DNA from: a virus
Lineage: Duplodnaviria; Heunggongvirae; Uroviricota; Caudoviricetes
Direction: 5' to 3' (one strand)
DNA: 33,609 bases
Virus record (IMG/VR): IMGVR_UViG_3300043470_002422
The translations under genes and the position numbers were made by a program. Shown in pieces: positions 1 to 8,063 of this stretch. How positions within the stretch are numbered: position 1 is the stretch's first letter; each line of letters starts with the position of its first letter. The notes beneath the pieces are model-generated. The model did no database searches. It was given only the letters and a program-made list of their open reading frames with translations, and was not told the DNA's origin.

Positions 1-192
1 TTTACCGTCAAATCTACCGAAGATAAAGAGATGTTAATTTTTTTTATCAATGGGGGATTTTCGATACCAAACGAATATGTTGTCAGTTTATTTAATGTAT
101 TGGACAAGACACTTACCAAAAAAAATAGTCTCTTAGAAAGAACATTTTATAAATCTATTTATAATAATAAAGCTAGATTTCGTATCATATAA
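1..192 (+). CDS. 3' end of an upstream gene (partial, hypothetical)
   Basis: Frame 1 is open from base 1 to TAA at 190-192 (FTVKSTEDKEMLIFF...KARFRII*), 12 nt before the next ATG. Not in the ORF track. Confidence 0.55.
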   Translation, partial: FTVKSTEDKEMLIFFINGGFSIPNEYVVSLFNVLDKTLTKKNSLLERTFYKSIYNNKARFRII

Positions 193-204
193 AAATAAAA
201 AATC

Positions 205-1164
205 ATGAAAAATAAAAAAATACTCCTAATAGGAGGAAGCGGAGCTCTTGGAAAAACTCTAATAGGGCTCTATCAAAACGTGAATCAAATCAAAGTATTG
301 AGTAGGGACGAACACAAACAAGTCAATTTAATATCTTCAGATTGGGTAAACAAAGAAAACGTTAGTTTTATGATCGGAGACGTTAAGGATAAAGATTGTA
401 TCCTAAACGCTATAGAAGATTATAGACCAGATATAATCATAAACGCAGCTGCGTTGAAGCACGTTCCTGTGTGTGAAATAAACCCATACGAATCGGTTAA
501 CGTGAATATAATTGGGCATCAAAACTTGTTAGAGGCTGTGAGACGTAGTAAGCATACTATAGAGACTTTGATTTATGTATCATCTGATAAAGCGTGTAAA
601 CCGGTAAACATCTACGGAATGTGTAAAGCAATCTCTGAAAGATTGTATATTGAATTTGCAAAAAAACAAACGGATATAAAAGTTTGCTTAGTTCGATATG
701 GAAACGTTTTGGAATCTACAGGTTCTGTTATTCCATACTTTAAGCAGCTATTAAAAGATGGAGTAACAGAACTACCCATCACAGATTTACGTATGACAAG
801 ATTTTTATTAACACTGGAATCAGCAGCTAAGCTAATAGAATGGGCATACTACAGTCCCATATCACACGGTAAGATAGCAATACCTAAAGTACAATCATTT
901 AAGATAATAGATATCGCAAATGCTTTAATATCAGAATATCATCCAAATTCAGACATTAAATTGAAAGTTGTAGGAATACGAAAAGGTGAAAAATTACACG
1001 AGGAAATGATATCTTCCGAAGAGTGGTTGCGTACTGAAGATCACGAAAACTATCTTATTACAGATGAAATAATTAGAGAAGAGGGGATTTCTTATAATTC
1101 CTATGACAGTGTGATGCACGAAGAGAAAGTTCATGATTTCTTAAAGCTTTGCGGTGTGATCTAA
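205..1164 (+). CDS. UDP-N-acetylhexosamine 4,6-dehydratase (PseB/FnlA/CapD-type SDR, Polysacc_synt_2)
   Basis: GGSGALG Rossmann motif, SRDEHKQ, IGDVKD, AAALKHVPVCE.NP.E, SSDKACKP.N.YG..K, RYGNV..S.GSV, MTRF, GIRKGEKLHEEM. Confidence 0.9.
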   Translation: MKNKKILLIGGSGALGKTLIGLYQNVNQIKVLSRDEHKQVNLISSDWVNKENVSFMIGDVKDKDCILNAIEDYRPDIIINAAALKHVPVCEINPYESVNVNIIGHQNLLEAVRRSKHTIETLIYVSSDKACKPVNIYGMCKAISERLYIEFAKKQTDIKVCLVRYGNVLESTGSVIPYFKQLLKDGVTELPITDLRMTRFLLTLESAAKLIEWAYYSPISHGKIAIPKVQSFKIIDIANALISEYHPNSDIKLKVVGIRKGEKLHEEMISSEEWLRTEDHENYLITDEIIREEGISYNSYDSVMHEEKVHDFLKLCGVI

Positions 1165-1171
1165 TAATATA

Positions 1172-1240
1172 ATGGGAGTAACAGAAATATACAACGGACA
1201 AAGATCAAGTAATTTACTAAGGAAAAATAGGATCTTATGA
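1172..1240 (+). pseudogene. 22-aa mini-ORF, probable internally deleted GT11 paralog
   Basis: MGVTEIYNGQRSSNLLRKNRIL*. Its TGA overlaps the ATG of the GT11 gene (ATGA). The start resembles GT11 N-termini of the M-x-V-T-E-x-Y-N-G-Q-G-L-G-N-Q type (from recall). Confidence 0.45.
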
Positions 1241-2148
1241 TAACAACAAATTTAACAGGTAACTTAGGAAATCACATGTGGCAATATGCTGTATGTAGAG
1301 CCATATCCGAAAAACTTGGATATGAATGGGGGATAAATCCTTCTCCCTCGCATGACTATCACAATGGGATGAACCAAATGTATTTTATGGATGTGGATTT
1401 TGGGAAATTTCCAGAAGGTGAATTTGTAGACTTTCATGAAAAATGGACAACATATAGACACATAGATGATGTCAATATCACTTTTTTAGATCCTAGAGTT
1501 TATCAGATTCCAGATGGGACTCGAATGATAGGAGATAATGGAGCATTGGGAGGAATTTATCAATGTGAAGATTATTTGATAGAAAGGAAGGAAGAGATAT
1601 TAAAATGGTTCAGCATCAGGAACGAATACAAGAATAAGTTTGATTTGGAGATGGAAAAAATGGGAATTGTTCTTGATGAAAATACCTGTGTTATAAATTT
1701 CAGAGGTGGAGAATATAGGGGCCTTAGTAATGTAATTCTAAGAAGAGAATATTGGAGGGACTCTATAAATCATATGCTTTCTCTAAATCCTCAAATGAAA
1801 TTCGTAATTGTCACAGACGATCCGGGATGCGCTTCCTCGTTTATGCCATTTGACATTCCGACTGTACACGGAGAGATTGGATTAGATTTTTATACAGTTA
1901 ATCAATCAAAATGGGTAATTTTATCCAACTCTACTTTTGGATGGTGGGCAGGATGGTTAAACACCAGGGCAGAAAAAATCATAGCTCCAAAATATTGGGC
2001 AAGACACAATGTTAGTGATGGGTACTGGGCAACTGGGGAATCTTATACCAGAGGATTCACATATCTTGATAGAGAAGGATCTCTATCTGACTACGAAACT
2101 TGTAAAAAAGAAGCTTTAGATTACTATAAATTAAAAAATATTATATGA
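1237..2148 (+). CDS. GT11 family (alpha-1,2-fucosyltransferase-like) glycosyltransferase
   Basis: N-terminal GNLGNHMWQYA, INFRGGEY (variant of H-x-R-x-G-D-Y), IVTDD, and SNSTFGWWAGWLN..AEKIIAPKYW. Confidence 0.88.
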   Translation: MITTNLTGNLGNHMWQYAVCRAISEKLGYEWGINPSPSHDYHNGMNQMYFMDVDFGKFPEGEFVDFHEKWTTYRHIDDVNITFLDPRVYQIPDGTRMIGDNGALGGIYQCEDYLIERKEEILKWFSIRNEYKNKFDLEMEKMGIVLDENTCVINFRGGEYRGLSNVILRREYWRDSINHMLSLNPQMKFVIVTDDPGCASSFMPFDIPTVHGEIGLDFYTVNQSKWVILSNSTFGWWAGWLNTRAEKIIAPKYWARHNVSDGYWATGESYTRGFTYLDREGSLSDYETCKKEALDYYKLKNII

Positions 2149-3008
2149 GAATTTTTGACGGATTTTGTTTCTTTAACGAGCTTGACATACTAGAAATTAG
2201 ATTAAATACCCTGGATCCCCATGTTGATTATTTTATAATAGTAGAATCCTCCGTAACACACACTGGAAATCCTAAACCCTATTATTTTGAAGAAAATAAA
2301 GAAAGATTCAAAAAATTTCTACCAAAAATCATACATTTGAAAATAGAAGATACCCCTAATAATTTCACTGATCTGGGAGAAGATTTATTAGGTTCTGATT
2401 TTGATTCTCTAGAAGTTAATAGGATAAGTGGATTTATAAAAAATCAAAGTTGTTTTAATATAAACCACGAGATTCATTATGGGAGGGATTTTTACCAAAA
2501 AGAATGTGTCAGAAGAGGATTTGAGTTCTGCGAAGACGATGATATTATAATTTTTTCAGATTGCGACGAAATTCCAAATCCTGAAATTCTAAAATCTTTA
2601 AAGACCTTTTATAACCCAGATTTGTTCTATGATTTTTTACAGACTACTTATTATTATTATTTAAATGTTCTCAAGGAAAAAAACTGGAGAGGATCTTCTA
2701 TGGGGTCTTTTAAAAGATTAAAGGAATTTTCTCTTAATCAATTAAGGGCTCAGAAAAATCAAGAAATTGAAAATGGAGGATGGCATTTTAGTTTTATGGG
2801 AGGTCCAGAAAAAGTAAGAACTAAGATAACATCCTATTCCGCTCAGGAAATGCTAAATGCAAATGTATTACAATCTATAGAGAACAATATAAATAATAAT
2901 ATAGATCCTTTCTTTCGAAGTACTCTTTCGACAGTGTGGATAGATTCATCATACCCTTCATATATTACCGAAAATCTACCTAAATTTAATCACATGATAA
3001 AAAAATAA
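2145..3008 (+). CDS. GT17 family (beta-1,4-N-acetylglucosaminyltransferase-like) glycosyltransferase
   Basis: FCFFNELDILEIRL, VDYFIIVES..THTG.PKP, SDCDEIP (DxD), GGWHFSFMGG. Confidence 0.88.
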   Translation: MRIFDGFCFFNELDILEIRLNTLDPHVDYFIIVESSVTHTGNPKPYYFEENKERFKKFLPKIIHLKIEDTPNNFTDLGEDLLGSDFDSLEVNRISGFIKNQSCFNINHEIHYGRDFYQKECVRRGFEFCEDDDIIIFSDCDEIPNPEILKSLKTFYNPDLFYDFLQTTYYYYLNVLKEKNWRGSSMGSFKRLKEFSLNQLRAQKNQEIENGGWHFSFMGGPEKVRTKITSYSAQEMLNANVLQSIENNINNNIDPFFRSTLSTVWIDSSYPSYITENLPKFNHMIKK

Positions 3009-3012
3009 TAAT

Positions 3013-3035
3013 TTCCTGAAATTATTCCTGAAATT
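3013..3035. repeat. TTCCTGAAATT direct repeat x2 (period 12); first copy lies in the quasi-palindrome ATTTC-CT-GAAAT
   Basis: Seen directly at 3013-3023 and 3025-3035, in the intergenic region before rfbH. Confidence 0.6.
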
Positions 3036-3067
3036 TTATCTAAGATAATCTATACAAATTCAAAAAA

Positions 3068-4354
3068 ATGATAAACCAAGAAAGTATTAAAAGTCTGGTG
3101 GGAAATCACGTTTCCCCCTACATATACAACTCCAAAGAGTTCAAGCCCGGAAAAACCCCCATCTATTATTCAGGTCCATATTGGGACAATAGAGAAGCAG
3201 AAGCAGCTATAGACTCTTTGCTTAATGGAAGATGGATAACAGCAGGGGAAAAAGTCTTTTTGTTTGAAAGAAAGTTCAGCAAAAGATTTAATGTACAGCA
3301 TTCTCACATGGTAAATTCAGGCAGTTCTGCAAATCTTGTTATGATAACTGCTTTGAAGACTAGATTTGGCTGGGAAGACGATGACGAAATTATAGTTTCC
3401 CCAGTTGGATTTCCAACAACCATTTCTGTTTTGCACCAGAATAGATTAAAACCTGTATTTGTTGATATCGAATGGGAAACCTTAAATTTTGATGTCAGCA
3501 GAATCGAGGAAAAAATCACTCCAAAAACAAAGGGAATTTTCGTTTCTCCTGTTCTGGGTAATCCTCCAGACATGGATGAAATTCTAAGAATTGCAGAGAA
3601 ACATAATCTTAAAATTATAGGCGACAATTGTGATTCTTTAGGAAGTAAGTGGGATGGAAAATACCTAAATGAATACTATGTTGCTTTCTCAAATTCTTTC
3701 TACCCGGCACACCATATTTCTACTGGAGAAGGTGGAATGATCTGCACAAATGACGAGGAAATTAAAAAGCTTCTTGTTAGTATTTCATGGTGGGGCAGAG
3801 ACTGCTATTGTGTTGGATCTGCTAATCTACTTTCTTGTGGGACTTGTGGAAAGAGATTTGACAACTGGTTAGAATCTTATGACGGAATTGTGGATCACAA
3901 ATATGTCTTTTCTAATATGGGATACAATCTAAAGCCTTTAGATCTTCAAGGTGCTATAGGACAAGTTCAACTTGAGAAGATAGACGAAATAGAAGAAAAC
4001 AGGAAAAAATCTAAGAGCCGAATAGAAGAAATTTTCATCTCCAATATTAAGGGGATAAAACCGGTTCAAACTCATGCAAAATCAGATGTTTGTTGGTTCG
4101 GTACCCCGTTTATTTGCGAAGAAGAAGGACTAAAACACAGACTTGTTGATTACTTAGAAGCCAATAAAATTCAAACCAGAAATTATTTTGCTGGTAATAT
4201 TTTACTTCATCCTGGTTACAAATTCCTAGATGATTTTAATAACTACCCAGAGGCAAATAAAGTTCTTGATAAGGTTTTCTTCATAGGAGCAGCTCCCCAC
4301 TATACAGAGGTAGTTTTCGATTACATTGAAGAGGTTGTTAAAAATTTTAAATGA
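3068..4354 (+). CDS. rfbH: RfbH/DdhC-type NDP-4-keto-6-deoxyglucose 3-dehydrase (E1), DegT fold
   Basis: VNSGSSANL, GDNCDSLGS, SFYPAHHISTGEGG (His where aminotransferases have the Schiff-base Lys), WWGRDCYC, DHKY...GYNLK, RNYFAGNIL.HP. Confidence 0.85.
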   Translation: MINQESIKSLVGNHVSPYIYNSKEFKPGKTPIYYSGPYWDNREAEAAIDSLLNGRWITAGEKVFLFERKFSKRFNVQHSHMVNSGSSANLVMITALKTRFGWEDDDEIIVSPVGFPTTISVLHQNRLKPVFVDIEWETLNFDVSRIEEKITPKTKGIFVSPVLGNPPDMDEILRIAEKHNLKIIGDNCDSLGSKWDGKYLNEYYVAFSNSFYPAHHISTGEGGMICTNDEEIKKLLVSISWWGRDCYCVGSANLLSCGTCGKRFDNWLESYDGIVDHKYVFSNMGYNLKPLDLQGAIGQVQLEKIDEIEENRKKSKSRIEEIFISNIKGIKPVQTHAKSDVCWFGTPFICEEEGLKHRLVDYLEANKIQTRNYFAGNILLHPGYKFLDDFNNYPEANKVLDKVFFIGAAPHYTEVVFDYIEEVVKNFK

Positions 4355-5049
4355 GAGTAGTTATTCTAGGCGATGGTCTATTGGGAAGCTATCTAAGAGA
4401 TAAAACCCAATGGGATTTTATAAGCAGGAAAAAAGACGGAATCGATTTTTCTAATCTAGATTCATATTCTTCTAAATTGGAAGAATATGATGTTGTTGTT
4501 AATTGTATTGCAAATACCGACACTTATTCAGAAGATAGGAATTTGCATTGGGAAATCAACTACGAAGGCGTTGCAAATTTAATTGATTTTTGCAACTCTT
4601 CAAATAAAAAAATAATTCATATCTCTACAGATTATATCTATACCTTTTCAAAAGATAACGCTTCAGAAAATGACGTTCCTGTCCATTCCAGAAATTGGTA
4701 TGGATACACTAAATTACTTGGAGAGGGGTACGTTTTATTGAGATCTAAAAATTATCTAGTCATAAGGACTACACAGAAAAAAACCCCATTTACTTATCCA
4801 AAGGCATACATAAATCAAGTAGGAAATTTTGACTATGTTGATAAGATAGGAGATTTGATAATAAGACTGATAGAATCTGGTGCTACTGGAATTTATAATG
4901 TGGGGACAGATAAAAAGTCTATGTACGATCTAGCTCTACAGACAAACGATAAAGTAGTTGCAACTATGGATTTATTTGATCCAACGACACCAATTAATCT
5001 AACCATGGATTTATCGAAAATGAATAAATTCCTAGATGATGGTATATAA
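4351..5049 (+). CDS. RmlD-like NAD(P)-dependent 4-keto-sugar reductase
   Basis: ILGDGLLG, VVNCIA.T, ISTDYIY, YGYTK (YxxxK); short at 232 aa. Confidence 0.8.
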   Translation: MRVVILGDGLLGSYLRDKTQWDFISRKKDGIDFSNLDSYSSKLEEYDVVVNCIANTDTYSEDRNLHWEINYEGVANLIDFCNSSNKKIIHISTDYIYTFSKDNASENDVPVHSRNWYGYTKLLGEGYVLLRSKNYLVIRTTQKKTPFTYPKAYINQVGNFDYVDKIGDLIIRLIESGATGIYNVGTDKKSMYDLALQTNDKVVATMDLFDPTTPINLTMDLSKMNKFLDDGI

Positions 5050-5052
5050 TAA

Positions 5053-5137
5053 GGAGAGGTGGCAGAGCGGTCTAATGCGGCAGTCTTGAAAACTGTTGAA
5101 GGTCACACTTCCGGGGGTTCGAATCCCTCCCTCTCCG
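5053..5137 (+). tRNA. trnS: tRNA-Ser (anticodon UGA), long variable arm, no encoded CCA
   Basis: Acceptor stem GGAGAGG/CCTCTCC, anticodon arm GCAGT-CTTGAAA-ACTGT, variable arm, T arm GGGGG-TTCGAAT-CCCTC, discriminator G5137 followed by CTC. Confidence 0.95.
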
Positions 5138-5153
5138 CTCTTTAAAAACTAAT

Positions 5154-5177
5154 ATAGGATCCGTAACTGGATCCTAT
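5154..5177 (+). terminator. Hairpin after the tRNA, probable terminator
   Basis: ATAGGATCC-gtaact-GGATCCTAT, 9-bp perfect stem; the following T-tract is short. Confidence 0.55.
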
Positions 5178-5221
5178 TTCTGTGTAATCTGATACCTTAT
5201 AAATTCAAATTGAACTAAGCA

Positions 5222-5276
5222 GCAAAGAGATTATCAATCCATAGCAAGATATTAGAGGATTGATCCTTTTCTTTGC
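5222..5276. other. Long imperfect intergenic hairpin
   Basis: GCAAAGAGA (5222-30) pairs with TTTCTTTGC (5268-76, one G-U); ATCAATCC (5233-40) pairs with GGATTGAT (5257-64); 16-nt loop. Confidence 0.55.
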
Positions 5277-5291
5277 ATTTTATTTTCGAGT

Positions 5292-5384
5292 GATATATAA
5301 ATCAAATTAAGAAATTTAAAATAAATGAAGGAAAAGTTTTTAATTTTTTAAGAATCGAAAATCGATATATAAGGAAGATATATA
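5292..5384 (+). promoter_or_regulatory. Three GATATATA copies (5292, 5364, 5377), putative late-promoter motif
   Basis: The exact 8-mer also lies upstream of other structural-type genes (11580-87 on minus, 17703, 19714). Confidence 0.5.
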
Positions 5385-5409
5385 GTAAAAATATAAAAAT
5401 AAAATCAAC

Positions 5410-7518
5410 ATGAGAAAAGTATACGACTTCTCCACATTCAACTTCATTTACGAAGCAGAAGCTGCAGCAGCTCCAAAAGCAGAAGCAGCTCCGGCAGCAG
5501 CAGGAGCACCAGCTGCAACAGAGGCTAGTAAACTTTATGACAAGACGTTAGGTCTTATCATAACCACAGCTTTAAATTCTTACAGTTCAGAATTATCATT
5601 TCCTAGTAAACCTTATGATCAGAATATAGATGCTGACATTGCATCTGTAAAAGCTGTAGGAGCGACAGAAAAACCAGCAGCTCTGGTAAAGATCATGGAA
5701 AAAGTTAAAGCTGCTTCAGCAGATAACACTTTAGAAGGAGCAAAAGAAGCAGTAGATGCTTGGGTTGCTGCAGGAACAAAAGCAACTGAAGCTCTTAGCA
5801 AAATGATTGATCAGTATAAAGACAAGCCAGAAGAGCTTAAACACATTAACGATTTTGTTAATGCCCGCCTTGATGCTTACTTGAAAGGGATTCAAGATTC
5901 ATCTAAGGCTAATACTCTTAAGGGAGCTTTAACTAAACTAGCAAATGAATCTAATTCCTATGAAGGATCTGATTTTATTTTCGAAGGAATTCTAGAAGGA
6001 AAAAAAGGAATGATCGGGGATATCTCTAAACAGATAACTCTAGTTAATGCTAAGCTTGCATCCCTTTTACAAACTCCAGGAATGGAAGCTGATGTTAAGA
6101 GACTTCAAAGCGAAGTAACTAAAATCTCAGCAGATATGGGAGCTCTTTTAGCGAAGAAGAATAGCGAAATTAGTAAAGACGATATCAAAAAAGCGGCGGC
6201 AAGACTTGCAGAAATACCAACTGAAGCAGATCAAGCAGCAGAAAAAATGCTTAAGCAAGATACTACTAATAAAGAAGCAGCAGCAATCCTAGTTCAAGCA
6301 TTAGGTTTAGTTGATGAAGCTAAAGATAAAGAAGTTGTTTATCTCGGTAAAAAAGAAGAAGCTTTACAAAAAGAAAAAGCAGCATCCTTCGTCAAATACG
6401 ATAAAGATAAAGCTGGTGAAGCTAATCCTAAAGTTATGGAATTCCAAAAGCTTGTAATGGACAAATTTAAGGACGTTAAAGGAATTTCAGGTCTTTCTCA
6501 ATTCAAAAATATGGGAACGTCTGGTAAATTTGGTCCAGCTACTGCATCAATGGTAAAAATTCTAAAAGATGGTTACGGACTTAAAGATTCAGATTCTTCT
6601 GATATTACAGGTGAACTTTTTGCAGAGCTAAAGAAAAATGAAGAAATCAAAGAATCTAGAATACTTACTTTTGAAGGATTTGCAGGAATTAACGAAGGAT
6701 TTAACGTTGAAGCAGCAACTAAATCTGCTTCTAAAAATACTTCAGGTGGAGGAAGTAAAAGTGGGGGAAGTAAAAGCGGAGGAAAATTTCTATACAAGAA
6801 AGGAGACACTGGTAACGTTGTTGTTGCGATCAATAGAATAGTAGGTCAAAAAGAAGACGAAAAGAAATACACAGATGATACTGTAGCAAGAGTTAAGGAA
6901 TTCCAAAAACTTAATAGATTCAACGTGGACGGGATTGTAGGGGAAGATACTTTAATAGGACTTTACGACACTAGAGGTGAGTCAAAAAAACAAACTAAAT
7001 TAAATGATGCAAAAGCTGTAAGAGGACCATGGTCTTATAAGATATTAGCGGATCTTCTAAAAGAAGTTTATACAGAAACTAAAGGTAAAGCTAAAGAAGA
7101 AGGAACCTTGACAGATGAAGATATATTAGGGGAAACTTCAGGACTATCTTCCTTTATTAATACTATACTTCCAGCAGCTAAGTATGCAGCATTTCTAGGA
7201 ATTGCAGGAATACCGGCAGCTGTATTAGGAACTTCCATAGACGCTCTTAAAGATAGAAGAAACGGAGTTAAAGGAGTAGTAGACGCTCTTGATGGGTTTG
7301 TAAAAGAATCTGATCTTGCTTATGTTTTAACTATTGTTAAAGCTCTATCTGGTAAGAAAATGAAGGATGGAACTTCTGCAATTGAAAGATTTAAGAAGTT
7401 ATATAAAATGGACGAAGGAGAAGATCTAAGAGAAGACGTTGAAAGCGTAGGAACCAAAACTATGTCAGTTAAAGGAGATCTTATTAAAGAGGAAATTCTT
7501 AAATTGTTAGGAAAATAA
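5410..7518 (+). CDS. 702-aa Ala/Lys-rich protein with two peptidoglycan-binding (PG_binding_1-like) domains; putative head-internal protein
   Basis: PGBD1: GEANPKVMEFQK...GKFGPATASMVKIL (about 6412-6570). PGBD2: LYKKGDTG..V..I...TVARVKEFQK....VDGIVGEDT (about 6787-6966). N-terminus MRKVYDFSTFNFIYE. Confidence 0.65.
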   Translation: MRKVYDFSTFNFIYEAEAAAAPKAEAAPAAAGAPAATEASKLYDKTLGLIITTALNSYSSELSFPSKPYDQNIDADIASVKAVGATEKPAALVKIMEKVKAASADNTLEGAKEAVDAWVAAGTKATEALSKMIDQYKDKPEELKHINDFVNARLDAYLKGIQDSSKANTLKGALTKLANESNSYEGSDFIFEGILEGKKGMIGDISKQITLVNAKLASLLQTPGMEADVKRLQSEVTKISADMGALLAKKNSEISKDDIKKAAARLAEIPTEADQAAEKMLKQDTTNKEAAAILVQALGLVDEAKDKEVVYLGKKEEALQKEKAASFVKYDKDKAGEANPKVMEFQKLVMDKFKDVKGISGLSQFKNMGTSGKFGPATASMVKILKDGYGLKDSDSSDITGELFAELKKNEEIKESRILTFEGFAGINEGFNVEAATKSASKNTSGGGSKSGGSKSGGKFLYKKGDTGNVVVAINRIVGQKEDEKKYTDDTVARVKEFQKLNRFNVDGIVGEDTLIGLYDTRGESKKQTKLNDAKAVRGPWSYKILADLLKEVYTETKGKAKEEGTLTDEDILGETSGLSSFINTILPAAKYAAFLGIAGIPAAVLGTSIDALKDRRNGVKGVVDALDGFVKESDLAYVLTIVKALSGKKMKDGTSAIERFKKLYKMDEGEDLREDVESVGTKTMSVKGDLIKEEILKLLGK
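6748..6786 (+). repeat. 15-bp coding tandem repeat (GGSKS linker)
   Basis: ggaggaagtaaaagt gggggaagtaaaagc ggaggaaaa, between the two PGBDs. Confidence 0.7.
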
Positions 7519-7525
7519 AACCTCG

Positions 7526-8059
7526 ATGGGAAGACTTCTAAACATACAAGATTTTAAATCTTTCCATTTAATGGAAACAGAAAAGAGTCCCCTGAGTGGG
7601 ACTTTTTCTGTTAACGAAGACGTAGTTCCAAGTCCGGTTAAAAAAGGTAAGGAAGAATCCTACAGAAGCATAGCATATAAGCTTTCTGAAATTTTTGGCC
7701 TATATGGATTTTTCTTCGCTCAAAAACCTGGATTCATGAAGCCAGACCAATGGAAAAAATACACTTCAGATATAGTAAAAATTACGGATCCAACTGAAAA
7801 GTGGAAAAAAATAATAGACACAGTATCTGAATTTCAAAATAAAGTTTCCTCTCCTGAGATCCTCCCTTCAAAAGGAGAATTTGGACATCTAGGACAATAT
7901 AGTTACGAACAGGAAACATCTCAGCTTCCTACAGCAGCTAAATTGTTAAAGAATGCACATGATGCGATTTTCAAAACTTTCAATCCAGAAGAGCAGAAAA
8001 AATCAATAACAATTTTAAATAGTATCATATCAGGTACTAAAGCATTAAGTCTCGAATAA
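7526..8059 (+). CDS. Hypothetical protein, 177 aa, helical
   Basis: ORF track; tightly packed in the operon; N-terminus ...QDFKSFHLME is similar in style to the 702-aa protein. Confidence 0.7.
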   Translation: MGRLLNIQDFKSFHLMETEKSPLSGTFSVNEDVVPSPVKKGKEESYRSIAYKLSEIFGLYGFFFAQKPGFMKPDQWKKYTSDIVKITDPTEKWKKIIDTVSEFQNKVSSPEILPSKGEFGHLGQYSYEQETSQLPTAAKLLKNAHDAIFKTFNPEEQKKSITILNSIISGTKALSLE

Positions 8060-8063
8060 AAAA

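Noticed and set aside
205-5049. Window is a bacterial chromosome LPS/capsule locus
   Set aside because: No wzx, wzy or ABC export genes. T4-type uvsX/41/47/46 and tail-type genes are interleaved, which favours a phage genome.
5045-5050. TATAAT -10 box for the tRNA
   Set aside because: It is only 2 nt from the mature 5' end and overlaps the reductase stop, so it is too close to be a promoter.
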